Position numbers and translations under genes: made by a program. Below the pieces are notes generated by a model. The model saw nothing but the letters and a program-made list of their open reading frames with translations. It was not told the DNA's origin and did no database searches. Shown piece by piece: positions 9,406-24,400 of a DNA stretch of 64,000 nucleotides (position 1 is its first letter; every line of letters starts with the position of its first letter). The DNA comes from Leptogorgia sarmentosa (lineage: Eukaryota): NCBI GenBank assembly GCA_964658305.1, contig OZ210885.1, positions 16,802,001-16,866,000 on the forward strand, written 5' to 3'.

Positions 9406-12400
9406 GCTTCATTTTATTGTATGTGTGTTTGTAAATAGGTTTGCTTTCAATTTCAACTTCAGGGTTTTGTTATTGTTACACGTTTAAAAAGTGTAACTTC
9501 CATCAACAAATGTCTACGACCATACCAGTAGGAAAATACCGGTTCTCGTCTGATCACCGAAGTTAAGCCTAAGTGGGCAAAGTTAGTACTTGGATGGGTG
9601 ACCACCTGGGAATACTTTGTGTTGTAGACTTGCTTCATTTTATTGTATGTGTGTTTGCAAATAGGTTTGCTTTCAATGTAAACTTCAGGGATTTTGTTAT
9701 TGCTACATCTGGAAATATTTGTATTGTTGTTTTGCTAAATGTTATTTAATGCCTATTTGTAAATATAATTCCTTTCAATTTCAACTTCAGGGTTTTGTTA
9801 TTGTTACACGTTTAAAAAGTGTAACTTCCATCAACAAATGTCTACGACCATACCAGTAGGAAAATACCGGTTCTCGTCTGATCACCGAAGTTAAGCCTAG
9901 GTGGGCAAAGTTAGTAGTTGGATGGGTGACCACCTGGGAATACTTTGTGTTGTAGACTTGCTTCATTTTATTGTATGTGTGTTTGTAAATAGGTTTGCTT
10001 TCAATTTCAATTTCAGGGTTTTGTTATTGTTACACGTTTAAAAAGTGTTACTTCCATCAACATATGTCTACGATGATACTAGTAGGAAAATACCGGTTCT
10101 CGTCTGATCACCGAAGTTAAGCCTAGGTGGGCAAGTTAGTACTTGGATGGGTGACTACCTGGGAATACTTTGTGTTGTAGACTTGCTTCATTTTATTGTA
10201 TGTGTGTTTGTAAATATAATTCCTTTCAATTTCAACTTCAGGGTTTTGTTATTGTTACACGTTTAAAAAGTGTAACTTCCATCAACAAATGTCTACGACC
10301 ATACCACTAGGAAAATACCGGTTCTCGTCTGATCACCAAAGTTAAGCCTAGGTGGCAAAAGTTAGTACTTGGATGGGTGACCACCTGGGAATACTTTGTG
10401 TTGTAGATTTGCTTCATTTTATTGTATGTGTGTTTTTAAATAGCTTTGCTTTCAATTTCCACTTCAGGGTTTTGTTATTGTTACACGTTTAAAAAGTGTA
10501 ACTTCCATCAACAAATGTCTACGACCATACCAGTAGGAAAATACCGGTTCTCGTCTGATCACTGAAGTTAAGCCTAGGTGGGCAAAGTTAGTACTTGGAT
10601 GGATGACCACCTGGGAATACTTTGTGTTGTAGACTTGCTTCATTTTATTGTATGTGTGTTTGTAAATAGGTTTGCTTTCAATGTAAACTTCAGGGATTTT
10701 GTTATTGCTACATCTGGAAATACTTTGTATTGTTGTTTTGCTAAATGTTATTTAATGCCTATTTGTAAATATAATTCCTTCCAATTTCAACTTCAGGGTT
10801 TTGTTATTGTTACACGTTTAAAAAGTGTAACTTCCATCAACAAATGTCTGCGACCGTACGAGTAGGAAAATACAGGTTCTCGTCTGATCATCGAAGTTAA
10901 GCCTAGGTGGGCAAAGTTAGTACTTGGATGGGTGACCACCTGGGAATACTTTGTGTTGTAGACTTGCTTCATTTTATTGTATGTGTGTTTGTAAATAGGT
11001 TTGCTTTCAATTTCAACTTCAGGGTTTTGTTATTGTTACACGTTTAAAAAGTGTTACTTCCATCAACAAATGTCTACGACGATACCAGTAGGAAAATACC
11101 GGTTCTCGTCTGATCACCGAAGTTAAGCCTAGGTGGGCAAAGTTAGTACTTGGATGGATGACTACCTGGGAATACTTTGTGTTGTAGACTTGCTTCATTT
11201 TATTGTATGTGTGTTTGTAAATATAATTCCTTTCAATTTCAACTTCAGGGTTTTGTTATTGTTACACGTTTAAAAAGTGTAACTTCCATCTACAAATGTC
11301 TACGACCATACCAGTAGGAAAATACCGGTTCTCGTCTGATCACTGAAGTTAAGCCTAGGTGGGAAAAGTTAGTACTTGGATGGGTGACCACCTGGGAATA
11401 CTTTGTGTTGTAGAGTTGCTTTGTTTTATTGTATGTGTGTTTTTAAATAGGTTTGCTTTCAATTTCAACTTCAGGGTTTTGTTATTGTTACACGTTTAAA
11501 AAGTGTAACTTCCATCAACAAATGTCTACGACCATACCAGTAGGAAAATACTGGTTCTCGTCTGATCACCGAAGCTCGTCTGATCACCGAAGTTAAGCCT
11601 AGGTGGGCAAAGTTAGTACTTGGATGGGTGACAACCTGGGAATACTTTGTGTTGTAGACTTGCTTCATTTTATTGTATGTGTGTTTGTAAATAGGTTTGC
11701 TTTCAATTTCAACTTCAGGGTTTTGTTATTGTTACACGTTTGAAAAGTGTAACCTCCATCAATAAATGTCTACAACCATACCAGTAGGAAAATACCAGTT
11801 CTCGTCTGATCACCGAAGTTAGGCCGAGGTGTGAAAAGTTAGTACTTGGATGGGTGACCACCTGGGAATACTTTGTGTTGTAGACTTGCTTCATTTTATT
11901 GTATGTGTGTCTGTAAATAGGTTTGCTTTCAATTTCAACTTCAGGGTTTTGTTATTGTTACACGTTTAAAAAGTGTAACTTCCATCAACAAATGTCTACG
12001 ACCATACCAGTAGGAAAATACCGGTTCTCATCTGATCACCGAAGTTAAGCCTAGGTGGGCAAAGTTAGTACTTGGATGGGTGACCACCTGGGAATACTTT
12101 GTGTTGTAGACTTGCTTCATTTTATTGTATGTGTGTTTGTAAGTAGGTTTGCTTTCAATTTCAACTTCAGGGTTTTGTTATTGTTACACGTTTAAAAAGT
12201 GTAAGTTCCATCAACAAATGTTTACGACCATACCAGTAGGAAAATACCGGTTCTCGTCTGATCACCGAAGTTAAGCCTAGGTGGGCAAAGTTAGTACTTG
12301 GATGGGTGACTACCTGGGAATACTTTGTGTTGTAGACTTGCTTCATTTTATTGTATGTGTGTTTGTAAATAGGTTTGCTTTCAATTTCAACTTCAGGGTT

Positions 12401-15400
12401 TTGTTATTGTTACACATTTAAAAAGTGTAACTTCCATCAACAAATGTCTACGACCATACCAGTAGGAAAATACCGGTTCTCGTCTGATCACCGAAGTTAG
12501 GCCTAGGTGGGAAAAGTTAGTACTTGGATGGGTGACCACCTGGGAATACTTTGTGTTGTAGACTTGCTTCATTTTATTGTATGTGTGTTTGTAAATAGGT
12601 TTGCTTTCAATTTCAACTTCAGGGATTTTGTTATTGCTACAGCTGGAAATATTTTGTATTGTTGTTTTGCTAAATGTTATTTAATGCCTATTTGTAAATA
12701 TAATTCCTTTCAACTTCAACTTCAGGGTTTTATTATTGTTACACGTTTAAAAAGTGTAACTTCCATCAACAAGTGTCTACGACCATACCAGTAGGAAAAT
12801 ACCGGTTCTGGTCTGATCACCGAAGTTAAGCCTAGGTGGGAAAAGTTAGTACTTGGATGGGTGACCACCTGGGAATACTTTGTGTTGTAGACTTGCTTCA
12901 TTTTATTGTATGTGTGTTTGTAAATAGGTTTGCTTTCAATTTCAACTTCAGGGTTTTGTTATTGTTACACGTTTAAAAAGTGTAACTTCCATCAACAAAT
13001 GTCTACGACCATACCAGTAGGAAAATACCGGTTCTCGTCTGATCACCGAAGTTAAGCCTAGGTGGGCAAAGTTAGTACTTGGATGGGTGACCACCTGGGA
13101 ATACTTTGTGTTGTAGACTTGCTTCATTTTATTGTATGTGTGTTTGTAAATAGGTTTGCTTTCAATATAAACTTCAGGGATTTTGTTATTGTTACACGTT
13201 TAAAAAGTGTTACTTCAATCAACAAATGTCTACGACGATACCAGTAGGAAAATACCGGTTCTCGTCTGATCACCGAAGTTAAGCCTAGGTGGGCAAAGTT
13301 AGTACTTGGATGGGTGACTACCTGGGAATACTTTGTGTTGTAGACTTGCTTCATTTTATTGTATGTGTGTTTGTAAATATAATTCCTTTCAATTTCAACT
13401 TCAGGGTTTTGTTATTGTTACACGTTTAAAAAGTGTAACTTCCATCAACAAATGTCTACGACCATACCAGTAGGAAAATACTGGTTCTCGTCTGATCACT
13501 GAAGTTAAGCCTAGGTGGGAAAAGTTAGTACTTGGATGGGTGACCACCTGGGAATACTTTGTGTTGTAGAGTTGCTTTGTTTTATTGTATGTGTGTTTTT
13601 AAATAGGTTTGCTTTCAATTTCAACTTCAGGGTTTTGTTATTGTTACACGTTTAAAAAGTGTAACTTCCATCAACAAATGTCTACGACCATACCAGTAGG
13701 AAAATACTGGTTCTCGTCTGATCACCGAAGCTCGTCTGATCACCGAAGTTAAGCCTAGGTGGGCAAAGTTAGTACTTGGATGGGTGACAACCTGGGAATA
13801 CTTTGTGTTGTAGACTTGCTTCATTTTATTGTATGTGTGTTTGTAAATAGGTTTGCTTTCAATTTCAACTTCAGGGTTTTGTTATTGTTACACGTTTGAA
13901 AAGTGTAACCTCCATCAATAAATGTCTACAACCATACCAGTAGGAAAATACCAGTTCTCGTCTGATCACCGAAGTTAGGCCTAGGTGGGAAATACCAGTT
14001 CTCATCTGATCACCGAAGTTAAGCCTGGGTGGGCAAAGTTAGTACTGGGATGGGTGACTACCTGGGAATACTTTGTGTTGTAGATATGCTTCATTTTATT
14101 GTATGTGTGTTTGTAAATAGGTTTGCTTTCAATTTCAACTTCAGGGTTTTGTTATTGTTACACGTTTAAAAAGTGTAACTTCCATCAACAAATGTCTACG
14201 ACCATACCAGTAGGAAAATACCGGTTCTCGTCTGATCACCGAAGTTAAGCCTAAGTGGGCAAAGTTAGTACTTGGATGGGTGACCACCTGGGAATACTTT
14301 GTGTTGTAGACTTGCTTCATTTTATTGTATGTGTGTTTGCAAATAGGTTTGCTTTCAATGTAAACTTCAGGGATTTTGTTATTGCTACATCTGGAAATAT
14401 TTGTATTGTTGTTTTGCTAAATGTTATTTAATGCCTATTTGTAAATATAATTCCTTTCAATTTCAACTTCAGGGTTTTGTTATTGTTACACGTTTAAAAA
14501 GTGTAACTTCCATCAACAAATGTCTACGACCATACCAGTAGGAAAATACCGGTTCTCGTCTGATCACCGAAGTTAAGCCTAGGTGGGCAAAGTTAGTAGT
14601 TGGATGGGTGACCACCTGGGAATACTTTGTGTTGTAGACTTGCTTCATTTTATTGTATGTGTGTTTGTAAATAGGTTTGCTTTCAATTTCAATTTCAGGG
14701 TTTTGTTATTGTTACACGTTTAAAAAGTGTTACTTCCATCAACATATGTCTACGATGATACTAGTAGGAAAATACCGGTTCTCGTCTGATCACCGAAGTT
14801 AAGCCTAGGTGGGCAAGTTAGTACTTGGATGGGTGACTACCTGGGAATACTTTGTGTTGTAGACTTGCTTCATTTTATTGTATGTGTGTTTGTAAATATA
14901 ATTCCTTTCAATTTCAACTTCAGGGTTTTGTTATTGTTACACGTTTAAAAAGTGTAACTTCCATCAACAAATGTCTACGACCATACCACTAGGAAAATAC
15001 CGGTTCTCGTCTGATCACCAAAGTTAAGCCTAGGTGGCAAAAGTTAGTACTTGGATGGGTGACCACCTGGGAATACTTTGTGTTGTAGATTTGCTTCATT
15101 TTATTGTATGTGTGTTTTTAAATAGCTTTGCTTTCAATTTCCACTTCAGGGTTTTGTTATTGTTACACGTTTAAAAAGTGTAACTTCCATCAACAAATGT
15201 CTACGACCATACCAGTAGGAAAATACCGGTTCTCGTCTGATCACCGAAGTTAAGCCTAGGTGGGCAAAGTTAGTACTTGGATGGATGACCACCTGGGAAT
15301 ACTTTGTGTTGTAGACTTGCTTCATTTTATTGTATGTGTGTTTGTAAATAGGTTTGCTTTCAATGTAAACTTCAGGGATTTTGTTATTGCTACATCTGGA

Positions 15401-18400
15401 AATACTTTGTATTGTTGTTTTGCTAAATGTTATTTAATGCCTATTTGTAAATATAATTCCTTCCAATTTCAACTTCAGGGTTTTGTTATTGTTACACGTT
15501 TAAAAAGTGTAACTTCCATCAACAAATGTCTGCGACCGTACGAGTAGGAAAATACAGGTTCTCGTCTGATCATCGAAGTTAAGCCTAGGTGGGCAAAGTT
15601 AGTACTTGGATGGGTGACCACCTGGGAATACTTTGTGTTGTAGACTTGCTTCATTTTATTGTATGTGTGTTTGTAAATAGGTTTGCTTTCAATTTCAACT
15701 TCAGGGTTTTGTTATTGTTACACGTTTAAAAAGTGTTACTTCCATCAACAAATGTCTACGACGATACCAGTAGGAAAATACCGGTTCTCGTCTGATCACC
15801 GAAGTTAAGCCTAGGTGGGCAAAGTTAGTACTTGGATGGATGACTACCTGGGAATACTTTGTGTTGTAGACTTGCTTCATTTTATTGTATGTGTGTTTGT
15901 AAATAGGTTTGCTTTCAATTTCAACTTCAGGGTTTTGTTATTGTTACACGTTTAAAAAGTGTAACTCCCATCAACAAATGTCTACAACCATACCAGTAGG
16001 AAAATACCGGTTCTCGTCTGATCACCAAAGTTAGGCCTAGGTGGAAAAAGTTAGTACTTGGATGGGTGACCACCTGGGAATACTTTGTGTTGTAGACTTG
16101 CTTCATTTTATTGAATGTGTGTTTGTAAATAGGTTTGCTTTCAATTTCAACTTCAGGGTTTTGTTATTGTTACACGTTTAAAAAGTGTTACTTCCATCAA
16201 GAAATGTCTACGACGATACCAGTAAGAAAATACCGGTTCTCGTCTGATCACCGAAGTTAAGCCTAGGTGGCCAAAGTTAGTACTTGGATGGGTGACTACC
16301 TGGGAATACTTTGTGTTGTAGACTTGCTTCATTTTATTGTATGTGTGTTTGTAAATAGGTTTGCTTTCAATGTAAACTTCAGGGATTTTGTTATTGCTAC
16401 ATCTGGAAATACTTTGTATTGTTGTTTTGCTAAATGTTATTTAATGCCTATTTGTAAATATAATTCCTTTCAATTTCAACTTCAGGGTTTTGTTATTGTT
16501 ACACGTTTAAAAAGTGTAACTTCCATCAACAAATGTCTACGTCCATACCAGTAGGAAAATACCAGTTCTCGTCTGATCACCGAAGTTAGGTCTAGGTGGG
16601 AAAAGTTAGTACTTGGATGGGTGACCACCTGGGAATACTTTGTGTTGTAGACTTGCTTCATTTTATTGTATGTGTGTTTGTAAATAGATTTGCTTTCAAT
16701 TTCAACTTCAGGGTTTTGTTATTGTTATACGTTTAAAAAGTGTTAGTTCCATCAACAAATGTCTACGACGATACCAGTAGGAAAATACCGGTTCTCGTCT
16801 GATCACCGAAGTTAAGCCTAGGTGGGCAAAGTTAGTACTTCGATGGGTGACTACCTGGGAATACTTTGTGTTGTAGACTTGCTTTATTTTATTGTATGTG
16901 TGTTTGTAAATATAATTCCTTTCAATTTCAACTTCAGGGTTTTGTTATTGTTACACGTTTAAAAAGTGTAACTTCCATCAACAAATGTCTACGACCATAC
17001 CACTAGGAAAATACCAGTTTTCGTCTGATCACCGAAGTTAAGCTTAGGTGGGAAAAGTTAGTACTTGGATGGGTGACCACCTGGGAATACTTTGTGTTGT
17101 AGATTTGCTTCATTTTATTGTATGTGTGTTTTTAAATAGGTTTGCTTTCAATTTCAACTTCAGGGTTTTGTTATTGTTACACGTTTAAAAAGTGTTACTT
17201 CAATCAACAATTGTCTACGACCATACCAGTAGGAAAATACCGGTTCTTGTCTGATCACCGAAGTTAAGCCTAGGTGGGCAAAGTTAGTACTTGGATGGGT
17301 GACCACCTGGGAATACTTTGTCTTGTAGACTTGCTTCATTTTATTGTATGTGTGTTTGTAAATAGGTTTGCTTTCAATGTAAACTTCCGGGATTTTGCTA
17401 TTGCTACATCTGGAAATACTTTGTATTGTTGTTTTCCTAAATGTTATTTAATGCCTATTTGTAAATATAATTCCTTTCAATTTCAACTTCAGGGTTTTGT
17501 TATTGTTACACGTTTAAAAAGTGTAACTTCCATCAACAAATGTCTACGTCCATACCAGTAGGAAAATACCAGTTCTCGTCTGATCACCGAAGTTAGGTCT
17601 AGGTGGGAAAAGTTAGTACTTGGATGGGTGACCACCTGGGAATACTTTGTGTTGTAGACTTGCTTCATTTTATTGTATGTGTGTTTGTAAATAGATTTGC
17701 TTTCAATTTCAACTTCAGGGTTTTGTTATTGTTATACGTTTAAAAAGTGTTAGTTCCATCAACAAATGTCTACGACGATACCAGTAGGAAAATACCGGTT
17801 CTCGTCTGATCACCGAAGTTAAGCCTAGGTGGGCAAAGTTAGTACTTCGATGGGTGACTACCTGGGAATACTTTGTGTTGTAGACTTGCTTTATTTTATT
17901 GTATGTGTGTTTGTAAATATAATTCCTTTCAATTTCAACTTCAGGGTTTTGTTATTGTTACACGTTTAAAAAGTGTAACTTCCATCAACAAATGTCTACG
18001 ACCATACCACTAGGAAAATACCAGTTTTCGTCTGATCACCGAAGTTAAGCTTAGGTGGGAAAAGTTAGTACTTGGATGGGTGACCACCTGGGAATACTTT
18101 GTGTTGTAGATTTGCTTCATTTTATTGTATGTGTGTTTTTAAATAGGTTTGCTTTCAATTTCAACTTCAGGGTTTTGTTATTGTTACACGTTTAAAAAGT
18201 GTTACTTCAATCAACAATTGTCTACGACCATACCAGTAGGAAAATACCGGTTCTTGTCTGATCACCGAAGTTAAGCCTAGGTGGGCAAAGTTAGTACTTG
18301 GATGGGTGACCACCTGGGAATACTTTGTCTTGTAGACTTGCTTCATTTTATTGTATGTGTGTTTGTAAATAGGTTTGCTTTCAATGTAAACTTCCGGGAT

Positions 18401-21400
18401 TTTGCTATTGCTACATCTGGAAATACTTTGTATTGTTGTTTTCCTAAATGTTATTTAATGCCTATTTGTAAATATAATTCCTTTCAATTTCAACTTCAGG
18501 GTTTTGTTGTTGTTACACATTTAAAAAGTGTAACTTCCATCAACAAATGTCTACGGCCGTACGAGTAGGAAAATACCGGTTCTCGTCTGATCACCGAAGT
18601 TAAGCCTAGGTGGGCAAAGTTAGTAGTTGGATGGCTGACCACCTGGGAATACTTTTTGTTGTAGACTTGCTTCACTTTATTGTATGTGTGTTTGTAAATA
18701 GGTTTCCTTTCAATTTCTATTTCAGGGTTTTGTTATTGTTACACGTTTAAAAAGTGTTACTTCCATCAACAATTGTCTACGATGATACCAGTAGGAAAAT
18801 ACCGGTTCTCGTCTGATCACCGAAGTTAAGCCTAGGTGGGAAAAGTTAGTACTTGGATGGGTGACCACCTGGGAATACTTTGTGTTGTAGACTTGCTTCA
18901 TTTTATTGTATGTGTGTTTGTAAATAGGTTTCCTTTCAATTTCAACTTCAGGGTTTTGTTATTGTTACACGTTTAAAAAGTGTAACTTCCATCAACAAAT
19001 GTCTACGACCATACCAGTAGGAAAATACCGGTTCTCGTCTGATCACTGAAGTTAAGCCTAGGTGGGCAAAGTTAGTACTTGGATGGGTGACTACCTGGGA
19101 ATACTTTGTGTTGTAGACTTGCTTCATTTTATTGTATGTGTGTTTGTAAATAGGTTTGCTTTCAATTTCAACTTCAGGGTTTTGTTATTGTTACACGTTT
19201 AAAAAGTGTAACTTCCATCAACAAATGTCTACGACCATACCAGTAGGAAAATACCGGTTCTCGTCTGATCACCAAAGTTAGGCCTAGGTGGGAAAAGTTA
19301 GTACTTGGATGGGTGACCACCTGGGAATACTTTGTGTTGTAGACTTGCTTCATTTTATTGTATGTGTGTTTGTAAATAGGTTTGCTTTCAATTTCAACTT
19401 CAGGGTTTTGTTATTGTTACACGTTTAAAAAGTGTAACTTCCATCAACAAATGTCTACGACCATACCAGTAGGAAAATACCGGTTCTTGTCTGATCACCG
19501 AAGTTAAGCCTAGGTGGGTAAAGTTAGTACTTGGATGGGTGACCACCTGGGAATACTTTGTGTTGTAGACTTGCTTCATTTTATTGTATGTGTGTTTGTA
19601 AATAGGTTTGCTTTCAATGTAAACTTCAGGGATTTTGTTATTGCTACATCTGGAAATACTTTGTATTGTTGTTTTGCTAAATGTTATTTAATGCCTATTT
19701 GTAAATATAATTCCTTTCAACTTCAACTTCAGGGTTTTATTATTGTTACACGTTTAAAAAGTGTAACTTCCATCAACAAGTGTCTACGACCATACCAGTA
19801 GGAAAATACCGGTTCTCGTCTGATCACCGAAGTTAAGCCTAGGTTGGCAAAGTTAGTAGTTGGATGGGTGACCACCTGGGAATACTTTGTGTTGTAGACT
19901 TGCTTCATTTTGTTGTGTGTTTGTAAGTAGGTTTGCTTTCAATTTCAACTTCAGGGTTTTGTTATTGTTACACGTTTAAAAAGTGTAACTTCCATCAACA
20001 AATGTCTACGACCATACCAGTAGGAAAATACCGGTTCTCGTCCGATCACCGAAGTTAAGCCTAGGTGGGCAAAGTTAGTACTCGGATGGGTGACAACCTG
20101 GGAATACTTTGTGTTGTAGACTTGCTTCATTTTATTGTATGTGTGTTTGTAAATAGGTTTGCTTTCAATTTCAACTTCAGGGTTTTGTTATTGTTACACG
20201 TTTAAAAAGTGTAACTTCCATCAACAAATGTCTACGACCATACCAGTAGGAAAATACCGGTTCTCGTCTGATCACCGAAGTTAAGCCTAGGTGGGCAAAG
20301 TTAGTACTTGGATGGGTGACTACCTGGGAATACTTTGTGTTGTAGACTTGCTTCATTTTATTGTATGTGTGTTTGTAAATAGGTTTGCTTTCAATGTAAA
20401 CTTCAGGGATTTTGTTATTGCTACATCTGGAAATACTTTGTATTGTTGTTTTCCTAAATGTTATTTAATGCCTATTTGTAAATATAATTCCTTTCAACTT
20501 CAACTTCAGGGTTTTATTATTGTTACACGTTTAAAAAGTGTAACTTCCATCAACAAGTGTCTACGACCATACCAGTAGGAAAATACCGGTTCTCGTCTGA
20601 TCACCGAAGTTAAGCCTAGGTTGGCAAAGTTAGTAGTTGGATGGTTGACCACCTGGGAATACTTTGTGTTGTAGACTTGCTTCATTTTGTTGTATGTGTG
20701 TTTGTAAGTAGGTTTGCTTTCAATTTCAACTTCAGGGTTTTGTTATTGTTACACGTTTAAAAAGTGTAACTTCCATCAACAAATGTCTGCGACCATACCA
20801 GTAGGAAAGTACCGGTTCTCGTCTGATCACCGACGTTAAGCCTAGGTGGGCAAAGTTAGTACTTGGATGGGTGACTACCTGGGAATACTTTGTGTTGTAG
20901 ACTTGCTTCATTTTATTGTATGTGTGTTTGTAAATAGGTTTGCTTTCAATTTCAACTTCAGGGTTTTGTTATTGTTACACGTTTAAAAAGTGTAACTTCC
21001 ATCAACAAATGTCTACGACCATACCAGTAGGAAAATACCGGTTCTCGTCTGATCACCGAAGTAAAGCCTAGGTGGGCAAAGTTAGTACTTGGATGGGTGA
21101 CTACCTGGGAATACTTTGTGTTGTAGACTTGCTTCATTTTATTGTATGTGTGTTTGTAAATAGGTTTGCTTTCAATGTAAACTTCAGGGATTTTGTTATT
21201 GCTACATCTGGAAATACTTTGTATTGTTGTTTTCCTAAATGTTATTTAATGCCTATTTGTAAATATAATTCCTTTCAATTTCAACTTCAGGGTTTTGTTA
21301 TTGTTACACGTTTAAAAAGTGTAACTTCCATCAACAAATGTCTACGACCATACCAGTAGGAAAATACCGGTTCTCGTCTGATCACTGAAGTTAAGCCTAG

Positions 21401-24400
21401 GTGGGCAAAGTTAGTACTTGGATGGGTGACTACCTGGGAATACTTTGTGTTGTAGACTTGCTTCATTTTATTGTATGTGTGTTTGTAAATAGGTTTGCTT
21501 TCAATTTCAACTTCAGGGTTTTGTTATTGTTACACGTTTAAAAAGTGTAACTTCCATCAACAAATGTCTACGACCATACCAGTAGGAAAATACCGGTTCT
21601 CGTCTGATCACCAAAGTTAGGCCTTGGTGGGAAAAGTTAGTACTTGGATGGGTGACCACCTGGGAATACTTTGTGTTGTAGACTTGCTTCATTTTATTGT
21701 ATGTGTGTTTGTAAATAGGTTTGCTTTCAATTTCAACTTCAGGGTTTTGTTATTGTTACACGTTTAAAAAGTGTAACTTCCATCAACAAATGTCTACGAC
21801 CATACCAGTAGGAAAATACCGGTTCTCGTCTGATCACCGAAGTTAAGCCTAGGTGGGCAAAGTTAGTAGTTGGATGGGTGACTACCTGGGAATACTTTGT
21901 GTTGTAGACTTGCTTCATTTTGTTGTGTGTTTGTAAGTAGGTTTGCTTTCAATTTCAACTTCAGGGTTTTGTTATTGTTACACGTTTAAAAAGTGTAACT
22001 TCCATCAACAAATGTCTAGGACCATACCAGTAGGAAAATACCGGTTCTCGTCTGATCACCAAAGTTAGGCCTAGGTGGGAAAAGTTAGTACTTGGATGGG
22101 TGACCACCTGGGAATACTTTGTGTTTTAGACTTGCTTCATTTTGTTGTATGTGTGTTTGTAAGTAGGTTTGCTTTCAATTTCAACTTCAGGGTTTTGTTA
22201 TTGTTACACGTTTAAAAAGTGTAACTTCCATCAACAAATGTCTACGACCATACCAGTAGGAAAATACCGGTTCTCGTCTGATCACCGAAGTTAAGCCTAG
22301 GTGGGCAAAGTTAGTACTTGGATGGGTGACCACCTGGGAATACTTTGTGTTGTAGACTTGCTTGATTTTATTGTATGTGTGTTTGTAAATAGGTTTGCTT
22401 TCAATTTCAATTTCAACTTCAGGGTTTTGTTATTGTTACACGTTTAAAAAGTGTAACTTCCATCAACAAATGTCTACGACCATACCAGTAGGAAAATACC
22501 GGTTCTCGTCTGATCACCGAAGTTAAGCCTAGGTGGGCAAAGTTAGTACTTGGATGGGTGACCACCTGGGAATACTTTGTGTTGTAGACTTGCTTCATTT
22601 TATTATATGTGTGTTTGTAAATAGGTTTGCTTTCAATGTAAACTTCAGGGATTTTGTTATTGCTACATCTGGAAATACTTTGTATTGTTGTTTTCCTAAA
22701 TGTTATTTAATGCCTATTTGTAAATATAATTCCTTTCAATTTCAACTTCAGGGTTTTGTTATTGTTACACATTTAAAAAGTGTAACTTGCATCAACAAAT
22801 GTCTACGACCGTACGAGTAGGAAAATACCGGTTCTCGTCTGATCACCGAAGTTAAGCCTAGGTGGGCAAAGTTAGTACTTGGATGGGTGACTACCTGTGA
22901 ATACTTTGTGTTGTAGACTTGCTTCATTTTATTGTATGTGTGTTTGTAAATATAATTCCTTTCAATTTCAACTTCAGGGTTTTGTTATTGTTACACGTTT
23001 AAAAAGTGTAACTTCCATCAATAAATGTCTACGACCATACCACTAGGAAAATACCGGTTCTTGTCTGATCACCGAAGTTAAGCCTAGGTGGGAAAAGTTA
23101 GTACTTGGATGGGTGACCACCTGGGAATACTTTGTGTTGTAGACTTGCTTCATTTTATTGTATGTGTGTTTGTAAATAGGTTTGCTTTCAATGTAAACTT
23201 CAGGGATTTTGTTATTGCTACATCTGGAAATACTTTGTATTGTTGTTTTCCTAAATGTTATTTAATGGCTATTTGTAAATATAATTCCTTTCAACTTCAA
23301 CTTCAGGGTTTTGTTATTGTTACACGTTTAAAAAGTGTAACTTCCATCAACAAGTGTCTACGACCATACCAGTAGGAAAATACCGGTTCTCGTCTGATCA
23401 CCGAAGTTAAGCCTAGGTGGGCAAAGTTAGTAGTTGGATGGGTGACCACCTGGGAATACTTTGTGTTGTAGACTTGCTTCATTTTATTGTATGTGTGTTT
23501 GTAAATAGGTTTGCTTTCAATTTCAACTTCAGGGTTTTGTTATTGTTACACGTTTAAAAAGTGTAACTTCCATCAACAAATGTCTACGACCATACCAGTA
23601 GGAAAATACCGGTTCTCGTCTGATCACCGAAGTTAAGCCTAGGTGGGAAAAGTAAGTACTTGGATGGGTGACCACCTGGGAATACTTTGTGTTGTAGACT
23701 TGCTTCATTTTATTGTATGTGTGTTTGTAAATAGGTTTGCTTTCAATTTCAACTTCAGGGTTTTGTTATTGTTACACGTTTAAAAAGTGTAACTTCCATC
23801 AACAAATGTCTACGACCATACCAGTAGGAAAATACCGGTTCTCGTCTGATCACCGAAGTTAAGCCTAGGTGGGCAAAGTTAGTACTTGGATGGGTGACCA
23901 CCTGGGAATACTTTGTGTTGTAGACTTGCTTCATTTTATTGTATGTGTGTTTGTAAATAGGTTTGCTTTCAATGTAAACTTCAGGGATTTTGTTATTGCT
24001 ACATCTGGAAATACTTTGTATTGTTGTTTTCCTAAATGTTATTTAATGCCTATTTGTAAATATAATTCCTTTCAATTTCAACTTCAGGGTTTTGTTATTG
24101 TTACACATTTAAAAAGTGTAACTTGCATCAACAAATGTCTACGACCGTACGAGTAGGAAAATACCGGTTCTCGTCTGATCACCGAAGTTAAGCCTAGGTG
24201 GGCAAAGTTAGTACTTGGTTGGGTGACTACCTGCGAATACTTTGTGTTGTAGACTTGCTTCATTTTATTGTATGTGTGTTTGTAAATATAATTCCTTTCA
24301 ATTTCAACTTCAGGGTTTTGTTATTGTTACACGTTTAAAAAGTGTAACTTCCATCAATAAATGTCTACGACCATACCACTAGGAAAATACCGGTTCTCGT

